Shown one piece after another: positions 27,251 to 40,396 of a DNA stretch of 64,000 bases. The notes beneath the pieces were generated by a model. That model saw only the letters and a list, made by a program, of their open reading frames with translations, made no database searches and had not been told where the DNA came from. Source of the DNA: Octopus sinensis (taxonomy: Eukaryota); assembly GCF_006345805.1 (NCBI RefSeq), contig NC_043003.1, positions 112,034,001 through 112,098,000 of the forward strand. Direction: 5' to 3'. The translations under genes and the position numbers were made by a program. Every line of letters begins with the position of its first letter. Within the stretch, counting starts at the first letter, position 1.

Positions 27251-28005
27251 GTTCAGCAATACATTTCGATATTTTTAAAACAAAAATGGTATATTTTTCG
27301 AGAAAGGTGTAATAAAAATGGTTTTAGCACTTAGAAATTTGTAATACGTTTCTTGAACTTACAAGATTGTTATTATTCTAAAGATGATATACAGATGTTC
27401 TCCCCAAGCATGATTTTATTACATTTATGTTGTTCTGCCTTTTATTTATGGCCCGATTTTACCGTTTCATCGATAACTATTTGAGCGATGATATATATGT
27501 ATATGCAATGATTAATGGAAACGCTCTGAATCCCCATACATTCTATCTCAATTAGATCGGTACGAAAATATTGTAATCGAGTAACAGTTAACAGAAAAAT
27601 ATGTTAATGTTCATAAGAGTAATATGTCACACACGTACATAACATTCAATATATGTGTGTATAGTGTGTCTCTTTTCGTGTTTATATGAGTGTAAGCATT
27701 TTAATGCTAATATGGAAATATATTAACCGATATATATCTGAGAGATTCGCATATTGTAGCCTTTGACAGAAACGTTCATTTTAATTTGATATTATGAGAG
27801 CCTTAATTTGGCGGTCGACATAGAAGAATTTATCTTGATATTATATATATATTAGGTCAGGCAATTTCGCCGATGTATTGCTGTCAAAGCCAGTACCATA
27901 ATCTAATGTTAAACTCATAAATATCATTCTAATAAGGAATTTTTTACTGCATTGATTTATTTCTATGCTCACGTCCTTATTTACAGTTAGCATGCATAAA
28001 TTCTT

Positions 28006-28116
<111 letters not shown>

Positions 28117-28659
28117 ATATATAAAATCAAAATAAGCAACAAGTATATCCAGAGGTGATTCATTACGATCGTTTCATGCGACTCCATTTAATTGAACAAT
28201 GCAATCATTACATCATTTTAAAAAGTAGAGCAATCTTCAGTTGCATAAGAATATAGAATTTAGTTAAATTTGAAGGACTCATTTGTATGATTTTATCCAA
28301 AATCACCAAGAAGATAAGGGGCTAGACAAAGAACATGTTTTACCAACAACGTCACAGTTGTAATTGAGATTTTTTTCAAAAACGACACTGCTTATCACTG
28401 ATTATTTCTGTTACTTAGATTTGATTACGGGGGTGGGGGTTAGTTTTAATTTATAGGCTAGTTTATTGAATCTGAGAGAAGACAGAGTGTAGTATCATTT
28501 TGGGTTAGGGCAAAGTAAATAGACAATTTATGTGGCATAGTCATAAAACAAGATTTATTTGAAGCAATGCCATTTTGTTCAGTAAACATGTGGCCTTTGA
28601 GGGTAACTCTTATACTAGCTCGTAGTCGATGTGCGATCAGTTTATTAACTTGATATTGA

Positions 28660-29110
28660 TTTTCGGGGGTCCGTATGTCTGGTCCATCCGCTCCATCTCT
28701 ATAGGGTCCTCCTAGCCATAGATGTGATTGTAGTGGGTCTACCTCTTAAACGTCTACTGGGGCTGAAACTTCTAAGGTCATGTTTGTCTAGATATCCATT
28801 GTCATATATCAGTCTGAGTAGGAGGCACAGTTCTTCTTTGTTGACACTGAAGAACTACACTTCACTCTCGCTGACACTCTTCACGCACTTCACCGCAAAA
28901 TCCATGTCAATGGATAGGTATAGGGATACCACATCCATACTACCCTCTATACATCTTGCCAGGTTGCAGGTGTTGTTACAGTCCTTGATCCTGCTGAGGA
29001 GATCGTATGTGATGTCACAACCATCTGGTGACATCTGGATTAAATCACAAAGAGGAGGTAGGAGGTCCTGTAGTTGTTCGCGATATGGATATATTTGGGG
29101 TACTTAGGTG
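28660..29110 (-). mobile_element. Penelope-like RT internal fragment, a different family from the other two
   Basis: GSMDVVSLYLSIDMDFAV...EELCLLLRL...R..GRPTTIT resembles the PLE RT pattern GSxDVxxLYPSI...GRPPTIT. One in-frame stop. Confidence 0.75.
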
Positions 29111-29171
29111 TACTCAGGACTTAGAGTTTGCTTCTTCCATGGGTATAAGTAAGTATTTCATTTATTTCTTA

Positions 29172-29244
29172 CCGTATTTATCGCTGACGAGGAAAATATT
29201 CTTATGAATTAACTCTGAAATCGGGGCCGATATAATAATAACGG
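29172..29244 (+). ncRNA. Degenerate type I hammerhead-ribozyme-like motif
   Basis: CTGACGA (29184-90), GAAA (29217-20), TCGG-GG-CCGA stem III, then TA. Flanks pair at 9 of 12 positions as stem I. Stem II is weak. Confidence 0.4.
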
Positions 29245-29353
29245 AATTTTTTTAGATATTTCTGTCGGCTTACTTCGAGACGCGTGCATATAGTGATGAA
29301 GTATATGGTTATTGACGATTTAAGTTCATTTTTGGCATATTTGGCATTATAAT

Positions 29354-29526
29354 TTTTTTTCTTTTGCCCTTGTTTATAAGTTATTTATAAATTTAACCTT
29401 TAAAGGTATTTTTTAATATGCTGGCCATTGATAGAAGTCTTTTCGAAAAATTTTCGAAAGGTATTAAAAAATACCTTTAAAGGTTAAATGTATAAATAAC
29501 TTATAAACAAGAGCAAAAGAAAAAAA
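29354..29526. repeat. Inverted repeat, ~65-bp arms with ~43-bp spacer (MITE or fold-back)
   Basis: Arms are near-perfect reverse complements with a few mismatches. Confidence 0.9.
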
Positions 29527-30247
29527 TATATACGGTAAAGGATCAGGTTTTGAATGGTTGTAAATTTCATGACGCCCATTGCTTTATTCGTGGACGTTAT
29601 GGTCAAACGTTGCAGAAACATAAATATTTGACCAATCCTTTACGTGATGAACAATGAATGAAAATATTTGAAAAACAAATGATATAGTCTGGTTTCTCCT
29701 TATTTTCTTTCCTATTTGGAAAATACAGTTTTGGAAATATGTTATAGAATATATGGGCTATTTACGGAGTGGTCGTAGAGAGTCAATGCGATATAATACA
29801 AAGTAGAGGAAAATAAAATCGCAACTCCTAGACAGTAAACTAAATTCCCGAACGCATAAATGAAGATACACAATCAACGTAATTGAATCATATATATTTT
29901 TACACATCAACATAAACCCTGTATGTGCAGGCGTTAAGATTCTCCAAGGGTATAAAGAATACAACCAAACATACATAAGTATGTAGGAGAGATATAAAAG
30001 AATATAAAATATATAAAATTCATAAAATGTCACGTATAAATAAGGATTACATGTAAAACGTTATGCGTGATAAATATAGAGATCACAAAGCGAATGAAAG
30101 TTTGATAAATATAGGAATAAAAATGTGAATCTTCAAAATGGTAGACCACCTAAATCGTCTAAAATTTCTAATACACCTAATATATATATTAGAACAAGGA
30201 GACTGATATATTTTCAAGGCGTAAATACTGAACAGTATCTTTATAGA

Positions 30248-30341
30248 GGATAAAATTTGTCGGCAACCAGCCGTGAGGATCGAACTCTGATATCCGATAA
30301 GACTGCTCTACCTATAAACTCAACTGCTGACCAACAAATTC
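30248..30341 (-). pseudogene. tRNA-derived/SINE-head-like sequence, copy 1
   Basis: Minus strand has A-box-like (..TATAGGTAGAGC) and B-box-like (GAGTTCGATCC) motifs; related to 30731-30830. Confidence 0.55.
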
Positions 30342-30569
30342 TGTGTTCTAATGTTACCGAGGAGCGCTAGATTTCATATAGATTACTTCATATGTAAACA
30401 AACATAAATTTGTTTTTGAAGCGTTGAAATGTATTGTAGAACAAGTAGAAAGATATATAGTCAACGCGTAGATACTGAACAGTATATATATATATATATA
30501 TATATGTCCCGGATGAACCAACTTCACGGCGGGAGGTGCAGATGAGGGCAGCTGCATCGAACTCTCTCA

Positions 30570-30680
30570 TGCATCAGATGGCGTTTGCTAAAAAGCATCT
30601 GTGAGGTAAAATCGTGTAGCAAACCAAATAGCGGTGCCCCAGCATGGCCACAGCTCATTAGCTGAAACTGGAAAAATCAA
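30570..30680 (+). mobile_element. SINE 3' tail fragment
   Basis: gcggtgccccagcatggccacagctc..gctgaaac matches the tail of 45551-45785. Confidence 0.65.
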
Positions 30681-30730
30681 AATCAAAATCAAAATCATAT
30701 ATATATAGGATAAAATCCTTTTAAAAGCAG

Positions 30731-30830
30731 AAAATTTTGTCAGCAACCAGCCATGAGGATCGAGCTCACTCCCCTCGAATATCCGGTTATAGTGCTCTAC
30801 CTTTAAGCTAAACTGCCGATTAACAAATTC
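30731..30830 (-). pseudogene. tRNA-derived/SINE-head-like sequence, copy 2
   Basis: Minus strand: TAGCTTAAAGGTAGAGC...GAGCTCGATCC. Confidence 0.55.
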
Positions 30831-31305
30831 TTCTGCAGTTTTAGAAGTTATAATGTCATCCAGAAACGCCAGATGTCTTACTTGTTATGCTTACATGAAC
30901 AATATATTTCTAGAAACTTCTTCTAAATGTCGATGCTTTTATAATTTTAATGAACCTCATTAATTTCTTGAGATTCCTTGGAATAAATTCAGTTGCTATG
31001 AGGAGTAGAAATTCTAGGGAAGGAAATCTCTTAGTTTCGTTACACTTCGAACTGCCTACACTTATTGATCTCCTGTAAATATTCAAGAAACACTCCTTTT
31101 CAGGTATTTTTATCAACACAGGTTCACACCATTTTTTGTCTAATCGTTTTGTTTTTTATTTTCTTTTTTCAGATCATGATCGCCAGGGCTGTGAATTACT
31201 CTAATCCCATCTATAACCTGGAAGCTATATGGGACAATTTATTCTACTCCTTCGTCGTGAGAGAATATCCCCCGTTTCTATTTCCCCCCTCTCTCTCTCA
31301 CACTC

Positions 31306-31343
<38 letters not shown>

Positions 31344-32377
31344 CTTCTCTCTCCGTCTTCGTATGGCACCGTTCTTCTATAGGCAATAATCCTACGAACA
31401 AATAAATTTAATATTAGTGCTTATAAAATTGAAACATTCCACGATGAAAAATACTGTCGCTGTTTACACAAAAATCACATCTGTCTAAATCATGTATCAG
31501 CGGGATCTGAAGCTTGCTTTACGAACAACATACAGCTCTTTCGCATTTGCTGTGTAGCCTGCGGAACTATGTAAAGTAAACGACATTCTCGTAGTAAATT
31601 CTGAAGAAAATCTTAAAACTTATATTTATTACATATTACCAGAGAGCCCAATAGATTAAAACGTAAGATTATTGTTTATGGCTAGTAAAGATATTTAAGA
31701 ATATAAATCTTAATATTAATGCTAGATCTGCGTGCATTTGCTTTTCCGATACAGAAGAAACGAATGGGGAATGCAAGAGTTTAGATAGATTTCGGGTTGC
31801 CAAATGTTGCAGAGAAATAACAAACGACTGGGTTCATTGAAGGAAATATAATTTTTCAGCCTACAACACAAAAGTCTTAAACACTGACACTGTATTTTAT
31901 AACGAAGTTTATGTCGTCGACGTATCTAGCAACCATCAGTGATAAACACCTAATAGATCTAAATTATACCGCCTTCACAATTTATCGACTGGTTATTCGA
32001 CGGCAAAGAACTAGAGCATAGAATAATCAGCCCTACACAAACACAGCAGCTGTAATGTTCTGATAATTGTAACATTTTATGTCATAACGGCTACCAAACT
32101 ATGATTTTAGAAGGTGATATCTGACTAAAATATGTACTATGTCATTCATTGCCATGATCTTTTATTTATTTTCTCCATATTGTGAGTAGATGTTTTACTA
32201 AAACATAAAAAATATTCTAAAAATATCTGAAGTTTCTTATATTTAGTTTAATTTTCTTATTGTTATTGAAGTTCAAATTATTACAGTTCCTTTAGATGTG
32301 GTTCATTACTGTATGAAATTCACTCAATTCAGTTAAATAATTATTAGTCAATATTTTGTAAACACTTGGTGGGTATG

Positions 32378-32456
<79 letters not shown>

Positions 32457-33544
32457 CGTGTTTGTGTGTGTAACACATATAAATATATGTGTGTGTGTAT
32501 GTGAGTATGTAGGTAGGTACATGTATATGTACGTATGCGAGTGTGTGTTCGTGTGTGTGCTTTTGTCTGTGTGTACAAATGTAAAATGAGAAATATCATA
32601 AGGTAGTAAGAGGACAAATAAAGAGAATATGAATTTGATAAGGAAAATATGTGGTTGAGAACGAGTTAAGAAATAATGCCAATTAATGAGTGCGTTCGAT
32701 AAAAAAAAATATATCAACTAAAAATATATTAGAGAATCTCATGTATTGATTATACTCTTCATCAAAGAGAAATAAAGAATTGAGAAAATTAGAGAAGTAT
32801 GATAAAAATTACTGGCATATGTTTACTGTGCAATCATATATATAAATATATATGTACATAATACATACATGCATACATACTTCTGCATATACATGAATGC
32901 ATATATAAATATTTATGTTCGCTATTACAGATATATTCATACATACATATACATACATACATACATACAAAACTACATACATACTTACATACATACATAC
33001 ATACATATATACATGCATACATACATACATGCATACATACATTCATACATACATACACACGCACATTCATATACATAATGAGAAAGAAAATTATGGACTT
33101 CGAGATAACAGAAATTTACACAGATTCGTAGTTTCAAAGATGCATACTTGAATCAATATTGTATATTGTATTGCTTCATAATGGCTGCATCAGAATCGTC
33201 CCACGTTTTATATTTTTGATAAAGGTTTCAATATCAAAAGTACCTTGTGCATCTATGCAAACCAAGATGATAATAGATAATACACGATAGAATATTAACT
33301 CCGTGAAGACACCGATACTACTTATCTAGCTTCACTGGTGCCTCTACAATAGTTGAGTATACATAGAAGGCTTTATCCATAGCATCCTCCATTTATACAA
33401 AAATTATGAATGGAATATGTAATAACAAAGGTGTGAAAATCTTATTCACACTTTTATGCTCACAATCATTTCAAAAATATTGTACGTAGCTTTTGCTTTA
33501 AGGAAGAGTTGCATGACATCATTCTTTTATTCTTTTACTGCTTT

Positions 33545-33650
33545 CAGTCATTTCACTGCGGCCATACTGGAGTAACGCCTTTAGTGGAACAAATCGATGC
33601 CAGAACTTATTGTATCGGTCTCTTTTTCCGACATAAACACACCAGTATCG
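33545..33650 (-). mobile_element. SINE 3' fragment
   Basis: tcagtcattt.actgcggccatactggag..cgccttta is the reverse complement of the 45551 family tail. Confidence 0.65.
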
Positions 33651-33735
33651 GAAGGAGAATAAACAGTCACACATAATTATATATATATATCTATATATAT
33701 ATATATATATATATATACATACATACCCACACACA

Positions 33736-33800
<65 letters not shown>

Positions 33801-33819
33801 AGTTAGTTAGTTATACGAC

Positions 33820-33945
33820 ATACAGGCTTTGGTCGGCCCGAGGCTTTAGTAAAAGACGCATTCTCAAGTTGCCACGCAGTGGGACTAAATCCGGAATTAT
33901 GTGGTTGATAAGCAAACTTCTTATCACAGAGTCAAGCCCGAACCT
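33820..33945 (-). mobile_element. tRNA-derived SINE head/body fragment
   Basis: gccacgcagtgggactaaatccggaattatgtggttg..agcaaacttctt has the layout of a reversed tRNA-like head. Confidence 0.55.
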
Positions 33946-35142
33946 ATATATATGTTTTTCCTGTCATTAAACGCGGTATTTTAGAGGTAAATGGTGTGAG
34001 TAAAGTAACGGGTGACAATCGTATTTTTTTAATATTTCAATTACACGGTTGTGTATATCTCATCGGGACATTGAAAATGGTATTATGCTGCTATGGTTAC
34101 AATGCAGTTATCGGTGAGGTTATAATAACTTTGACTCATTCCCTTCTGTAATGCAATGTAATATCGAATCGGTAGCATATCGAGTCAATATTAACGAAAT
34201 TTTAACTAATTTTAATTAATTTTAATTAATTTAATTAACGAAATTTTATTTAGTTTCTGCTTATGAATCTTTTATAAGTAGAAACTTTCTGCTTTCATTT
34301 AGTTTGTGGTAAGAAATCCTACTGTGCTTACTCAGTTGTGGAAATTTTATCTAAGCTTTAACAAGTGCACATTAACGTATTCGATCACCGACTGCTAATC
34401 AAATTGTAGATAAGGGAAACAACCGCTGAGATGTTATCTATAACACAACAGGGACGCATTTTACAAAACTCTGTAAAGGAGAAAGGAAATTCATTTCCAG
34501 TATTGGTCACACTGTTTTACAAAAGCTCGAGGCTATTAGATGATTTTGGCAGAGTGTATACAGTTACGGGCGTTTTGATCGAGATTTAGCAAGAGAATAT
34601 CTTCTCGCCTCTCTTCCAAATGACCTGAAAGCTCCGCATACAATTATGTGTGTTGTTCTACTTCTGAACGAGCCATTTAAATATTACAAAAGGAAAGTAT
34701 TTGCTTTTAACCTATGGGAATTAATTTAACAGCAAGAAAACCTTGGAGAGAATGCAAAAATTGCTGTACGAAATATATTTAATAAACATGAGTTTGAAAC
34801 CTCATGGTCAGAACACTAAAAGAGTAGTGTGAAAGCCTAAGTAGTACGCTGCGAGTTTTCTTCACTTTCATCTCTCCGGGATAATCAAAATAATTTATGA
34901 ATATAGTGAATCTTAATATAGCGATCAAGAACCCTTTATGTCAGGCACAGGAAATCACGAATTTGATATTTGTGTTCATACGTATGTGTACGTGCATTAA
35001 AACTGTTATTTAACTGATTATGTTTCAGAATGCTCTCTATTCTTTTTTCTTTTCCTTCTGTGTATAAACTTCCTCATTTATATATCTTTCTCTTTTGCTT
35101 CATGATGCGAGCAAATATATACATATACATGCAAACACACAT

Positions 35143-35188
<46 letters not shown>

Positions 35189-35399
35189 GCGCGCAAATAT
35201 CCTCACGAAACACACTAAAGCACGTACTTAAAACTTTGTGTGTGTGAGAGAGAAAGAGAGAGAGAGAGAGTATGCGTGCATGTATGCGTGAATGAAATGC
35301 TCAGGAATTATTCGTGCACGTACACATACGAACACAACAATCAAACGTGTTGTCCTGGAAATGAAATTAGCCCGTTACTCGATATACTTTGTAGTTAAT

Positions 35400-35414
35400 T
35401 GACGTCATTTCCGC
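35400..35414 (-). promoter_or_regulatory. Candidate overlapping ETS-CRE composite site (GCGGAAATGACGTCA)
   Basis: A perfect CRE palindrome TGACGTCA directly overlaps an ETS core CGGAAAT, in non-repetitive sequence. Confidence 0.3.
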
Positions 35415-36750
35415 CAAAACTGAATACACCAAATTCCCCTTCACTTCAATCACTAACAACAGGTTACAGTTACTTTACATTCGATATTTAACAATGAAGT
35501 TGAATTAATATTTGTTTCTGACTGTTTGTTTCTAATAACATAATGATGTCGTTAGCAATTCCTTTACTCCCATATCATTCACAATCAAAAATTTCCTTCA
35601 AATCTCCACACCCTAAGTAAAATAGACGCTAAATGCGCGGCATTAAATAACAGCTAAATATAAAAATGTTTTATTTTCTCAGCTTTTTTGTTTTTTCTGG
35701 CATCAAAAGCATGGAGATATATATATATTTTTTTTTTGTGTATAATTTTGGATATAATTTGTTTGCATTGGAAGTGTAGAAATATATTGTGATTCGGATT
35801 CTAATGACATTTTTTCATCAATAATAAAAAGAACAGCATGTTCATAGTTACAGAAAGGAAAATAGAATAATAATTCTTTCATAATTGAATACATATACTT
35901 TTATTATTTAAAAAATAATCGAAATAAATGAATTCCTGTTGTTTATGCATATCATTATATGAATGTCTTTGTAAACATTGGGTTGAAATTCCTTATCATT
36001 GTTTCATTATGTTTTGGAGTTTTTTTTTGCAAAAGCCACCATTAATAATCTTTTCCTACCTATTTATTACAATTTTGTACTTATTTATTAACTTATTTAT
36101 TTATTACAGATCCTGAATCACTGACACAGAATACATAAAAGATCTAAGAACGATATTTTCAAATGACTAACACAGCCAAAAAAGATTTCAAAGATCTACG
36201 TTTAAAACAATAAGCGAGTACATATATCTGTGTTCGTGTGTATCTGTGTGAGTGGGTGTGTGAGTGACTGTGCGTATGTGTGAGTGTGGCGTGCGTGTGT
36301 TTGTGTGCAAACCGTTGACATCGAAGAACTTAGAGGCTTCTATATACAAGAATTAATTAATTTTTGGAACGGTGATACTCGAAGCACATAACGTTATTAT
36401 TTGCAACGTGTAACTATTGGATTAAAACCCCGTTTGCATAGAAAATTGAGAGGCTGCTGGTGGTAGAACATCTATCATATTTAGAGATATGGATTCTACG
36501 AGAAACAGTAGTCTTTTTCGATTCATAGGTGTTTTAACTCAACATTTATATGCTATCGTTTATAGCTTTATTTGCTTGGAGTTTCCCCGTTCCCCCCAAA
36601 AGTATTTACACACACAGTCGCACATACACAGTCACACACACACACACACTCAATTTCTTGAGAACACATTATTCGTGGAAAATGGCGATTTTGACGTCTA
36701 TATCTAGCATACACGCTGTCCATTTTTAGGGGTCAGTCCCCTACATTTTG

Positions 36751-36781
<31 letters not shown>

Positions 36782-37081
36782 TAGTAGATAGACAGACAGA
36801 CAGGCAGACAGGTAGACACACAGACAGATGGATAGATAGATAGAGGGAGAGAGAGACGACTGAGTTGATGTATGGAGGGCTACCTTCATTCGTCTTTGTC
36901 TGTCACTAGCTACCTGGAGCTACTTATTGCATTTCTATTCCATTTATGGAAATTACATATATTACTAAAGTGTCCAAACTCGTTTTTATATATGTCTTAG
37001 AGTAACACCTAAGGTAGGATATATAACTTTGTCTGCAGATTAACAGACTTGTTTTCAATATTTCCGAATTTTACATTGTTA

Positions 37082-37128
<47 letters not shown>

Positions 37129-39183
37129 GGTGCTAGGAGACCAGTTATTTCATTGTCGGATAATTTGCCCCCGGTCAATTCGTCGTTGATCAATTCATCC
37201 CCAGGTCAATTCGTAACTGGCAAATTCTTTCCAAAACATACTTAAATGTGATTTCCGTGGAACAGTTTAGAACAATCACTTTAGAATGAGAATTGTCATT
37301 TGACAATTTTAGATAGTTTATTTCGTTTCTTTAACCCCCACCTCTCACTCTCTTTCTCTCTCTCTTTCCCTTTCTCTCTATCTCTCTCACTCTCTCTTAA
37401 GCATCTGTGCTGGACAGTTTACGAACAAAGATTTTCAGGTAAATCGAATTAAAATTATTCAACATGACTATCTGCAAGATCATAATTTCAGAGAAAGGAA
37501 AAAATCAAAGTGGTCGATCAAGAAAATTATATATACACAAAACATAAGCAGAATTCAGGTGGATTGAAGATATACTAGAGGTACGAAAATCGCGTGTGCA
37601 AGGCGAGGCTTCATACAGATGAAAATTATAAATAACAATAGTTAGATTGGGATCCATAATCACGTTTTAAATGCTGTTGAGTTAAATGTAAGGGTTATTT
37701 ATCAAATATTAAGTAAAGCCTATTTCATCTTGTGATGCTCCCCGCTCAATTATCGCCAGTGAAGTTTAGAATTTAAACGACGGTACATTGTCACAAATAT
37801 CTCCGTTTCCATAGCTTAATAGGAATATTAGACGTCGGAGGTAAGCTACTTCCAACTATCCTATTTCTTTATTACCCACAAGGGGCTAAACATAGATGGG
37901 ACAAACAAGGACAGACATAGGTATTAAGTCATTTACATCGACCCCAGTGCGGAACTGGTACTTAATTTATCCACCCTGAAAGGATGAAAGGCAAAGTCAA
38001 CCTCGGCGGAATTTGAACTCAGAACGTAATGGCAGACGAAATACCGGTAAGCATTTCATCCGGCGTGCTAACGTTTCTGCCAGCTCGCTGATTTCAACTA
38101 TCCTGCCACCTACCTTACAAATATTGGAGTTTCCATACCAAATGTATAAGCCTACCTTGACAATGATGAAACGTTTCTACAGTAAGACAGCGATATGGAA
38201 GATTCAAAACGAATACTAATATTTGAAAGTGACGAAGCACTACGACAGTTAAAACAGCACAGGAAATGGTCGTCAGATGAAACATTTAAGTGCGGCTCTT
38301 GTATATTTTTTCAGTTATATATACTTCAATTTAAATTGATAATTTTAATGCCCCATGATTATTCGCATTAGAAACACATAGTAGCCTTATTTTCTAAAAT
38401 ATATGAATTACTGCAGAATGAGGGACCTAATAATACAATTATTGATTTCGAAAACGCAGCCCATAACGGATTTCTGGAATCGTTTTCTGGGTTGGATGTG
38501 CAGGCTGCTTGTTTCATTTAGGACAAAAGGTGTTCAAGCATGTGGTGTAAGAAGCACTAAAATGAAGACACCACGAAGATGACAGTTTTAGTCTAAAAAT
38601 GCAGTGTATTTTTACCCTTGCCTTCCTGCCGGTTGATGATGTTGTGGATGGATATGAACAACTTGCAGATGATTATGATATCCCACAGTCAGTTGGATCT
38701 GATTTTGAAAGTAATTATATAAGACCATCTAGAGGAAGAGGACAGAGTAGGCGATACATTGAACCAACATTTCCATTACCTATATGGAATGTTTGACATC
38801 AATGTATGACGGGGATTGCTCGTAAATAGCTTAGAAGCCTACCATAGGGTGGTGAAAAACTCAGTGAATATTCGTTATCCAAGTATTTGGAAACTTCTTG
38901 ATGTGACTGAATGTGAAGGAAAATTTACCAGTAACAAAGTTCAGAAGTTTACGCAAGAAGAACTAAGCTAGAAGAAAGTATACAGAGATATTAACCTGCG
39001 CATTAAAACTGTCATGGAAAAAATATTTTTGTAAACGTAATTGCACACAATCATAAATTTTACTAAAAAGATAAATATGTAATACAGCAAACCTTAAAAT
39101 AAACGTTTTTTAATTCAGATATTCGTTCTTCTATTTCTCTACGATCTCGTCGGAGTGAGCTGGGGAAGAATTGACTGGACACC
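37129..39183 (+). mobile_element. Degenerate Mutator-like (MULE) DNA transposon with FLYWCH and MULE transposase remnants
   Basis: CKARLHTD..HNH (FLYWCH-like), RILIFES..KWSSDETFK, IIDFENAA, CLFHLGQ, LAFLPVDDV..DFESNYI..PTFPLPIWNV. Ends are GGTG...CACC with GTCAATTC sub-repeats; (TA)n on both sides. Confidence 0.85.
37862..38090 (-). mobile_element. Full-length SINE nested in the MULE
   Basis: Reverse complement of the 56461-56693 family. Confidence 0.9.
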
Positions 39184-39220
<37 letters not shown>

Positions 39221-39228
<8 letters not shown>

Positions 39229-39464
39229 AGAAGGTTTGAAAATGCAATTTTAAAAGGTTTATTCACTTGACCGGTTTCACTTTTTTGAAAATGATTGTCA
39301 AAATAACATGTAAAGGCTTTGTTGTGTTAAGTATTGGTTGTCACCCAGTACTTAACACAGCAAAGCTTTTAAATGTTACTTTTGACAATCTTTTTTAAAA
39401 AAATGAAACCGTTCAAGTGAACAAATGCCTTTTAATATTGCATTTTCAAACCTTGTTTCATATA
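39221..39464. repeat. Fold-back/MITE-like imperfect palindrome, ~110-bp arms, 7-nt loop
   Basis: aaggtttgaaaatgcaat pairs with attgcattttcaaacctt; centre tgg-ttgtcac-cca; flanked by TA. Confidence 0.88.
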
Positions 39465-39712
39465 TATATTTCCACTCGTGCGGTATCTTACAACTTCACT
39501 TTGTTTTTATATATATATATATTCCGATGGCTGGACAACTGAAGAGATGGCGGCGTGGATTTCCACCTCGGTATCCACATTGGTATCATGGCTACCCAAT
39601 AATTGTCACATATTACATTTACAGATAAATTCCTGTTACATAATATCGAGTTCTCTTTCATTCTTTGTTTGTCTTACCATTTCTACCACTATACATAAAC
39701 ACACACACACAT

Positions 39713-39814
<102 letters not shown>

Positions 39815-40061
39815 TTATATATATATATATAACATATATAGAAATAATTACTTATCAAACGCAGAAAACGCTAACAGAAATGCATGAACAGGATAAAATA
39901 TCAATATACTGCCAGCTGACAAATATTTTCTGTAATAATATGGATATTTTATCCTGTATTCTGTTAACATTTTTCCGCGGTTGATAATAATTATTTCTGC
40001 ATCATTCAATACATCTGAACGCTTCTAAAGCAAACTTTGTTTACTTTTATGTAATTTATAC

Positions 40062-40125
<64 letters not shown>

Positions 40126-40265
40126 GTTTGTGTGTGGTGTGTATTATATATATATATATATATAAGTCAAAAACATGTAAATGCACACGCAGAAGGAAAA
40201 CAGACAGAAGATCACCCAAATCCTAATTATCGGCTAGAAGATCAAACGGAATTCCGCACCATGCA

Positions 40266-40396
<131 letters not shown>

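Noticed and set aside
34400-34900. Possible old LINE RT remnant
   Set aside because: No motif could be read convincingly.
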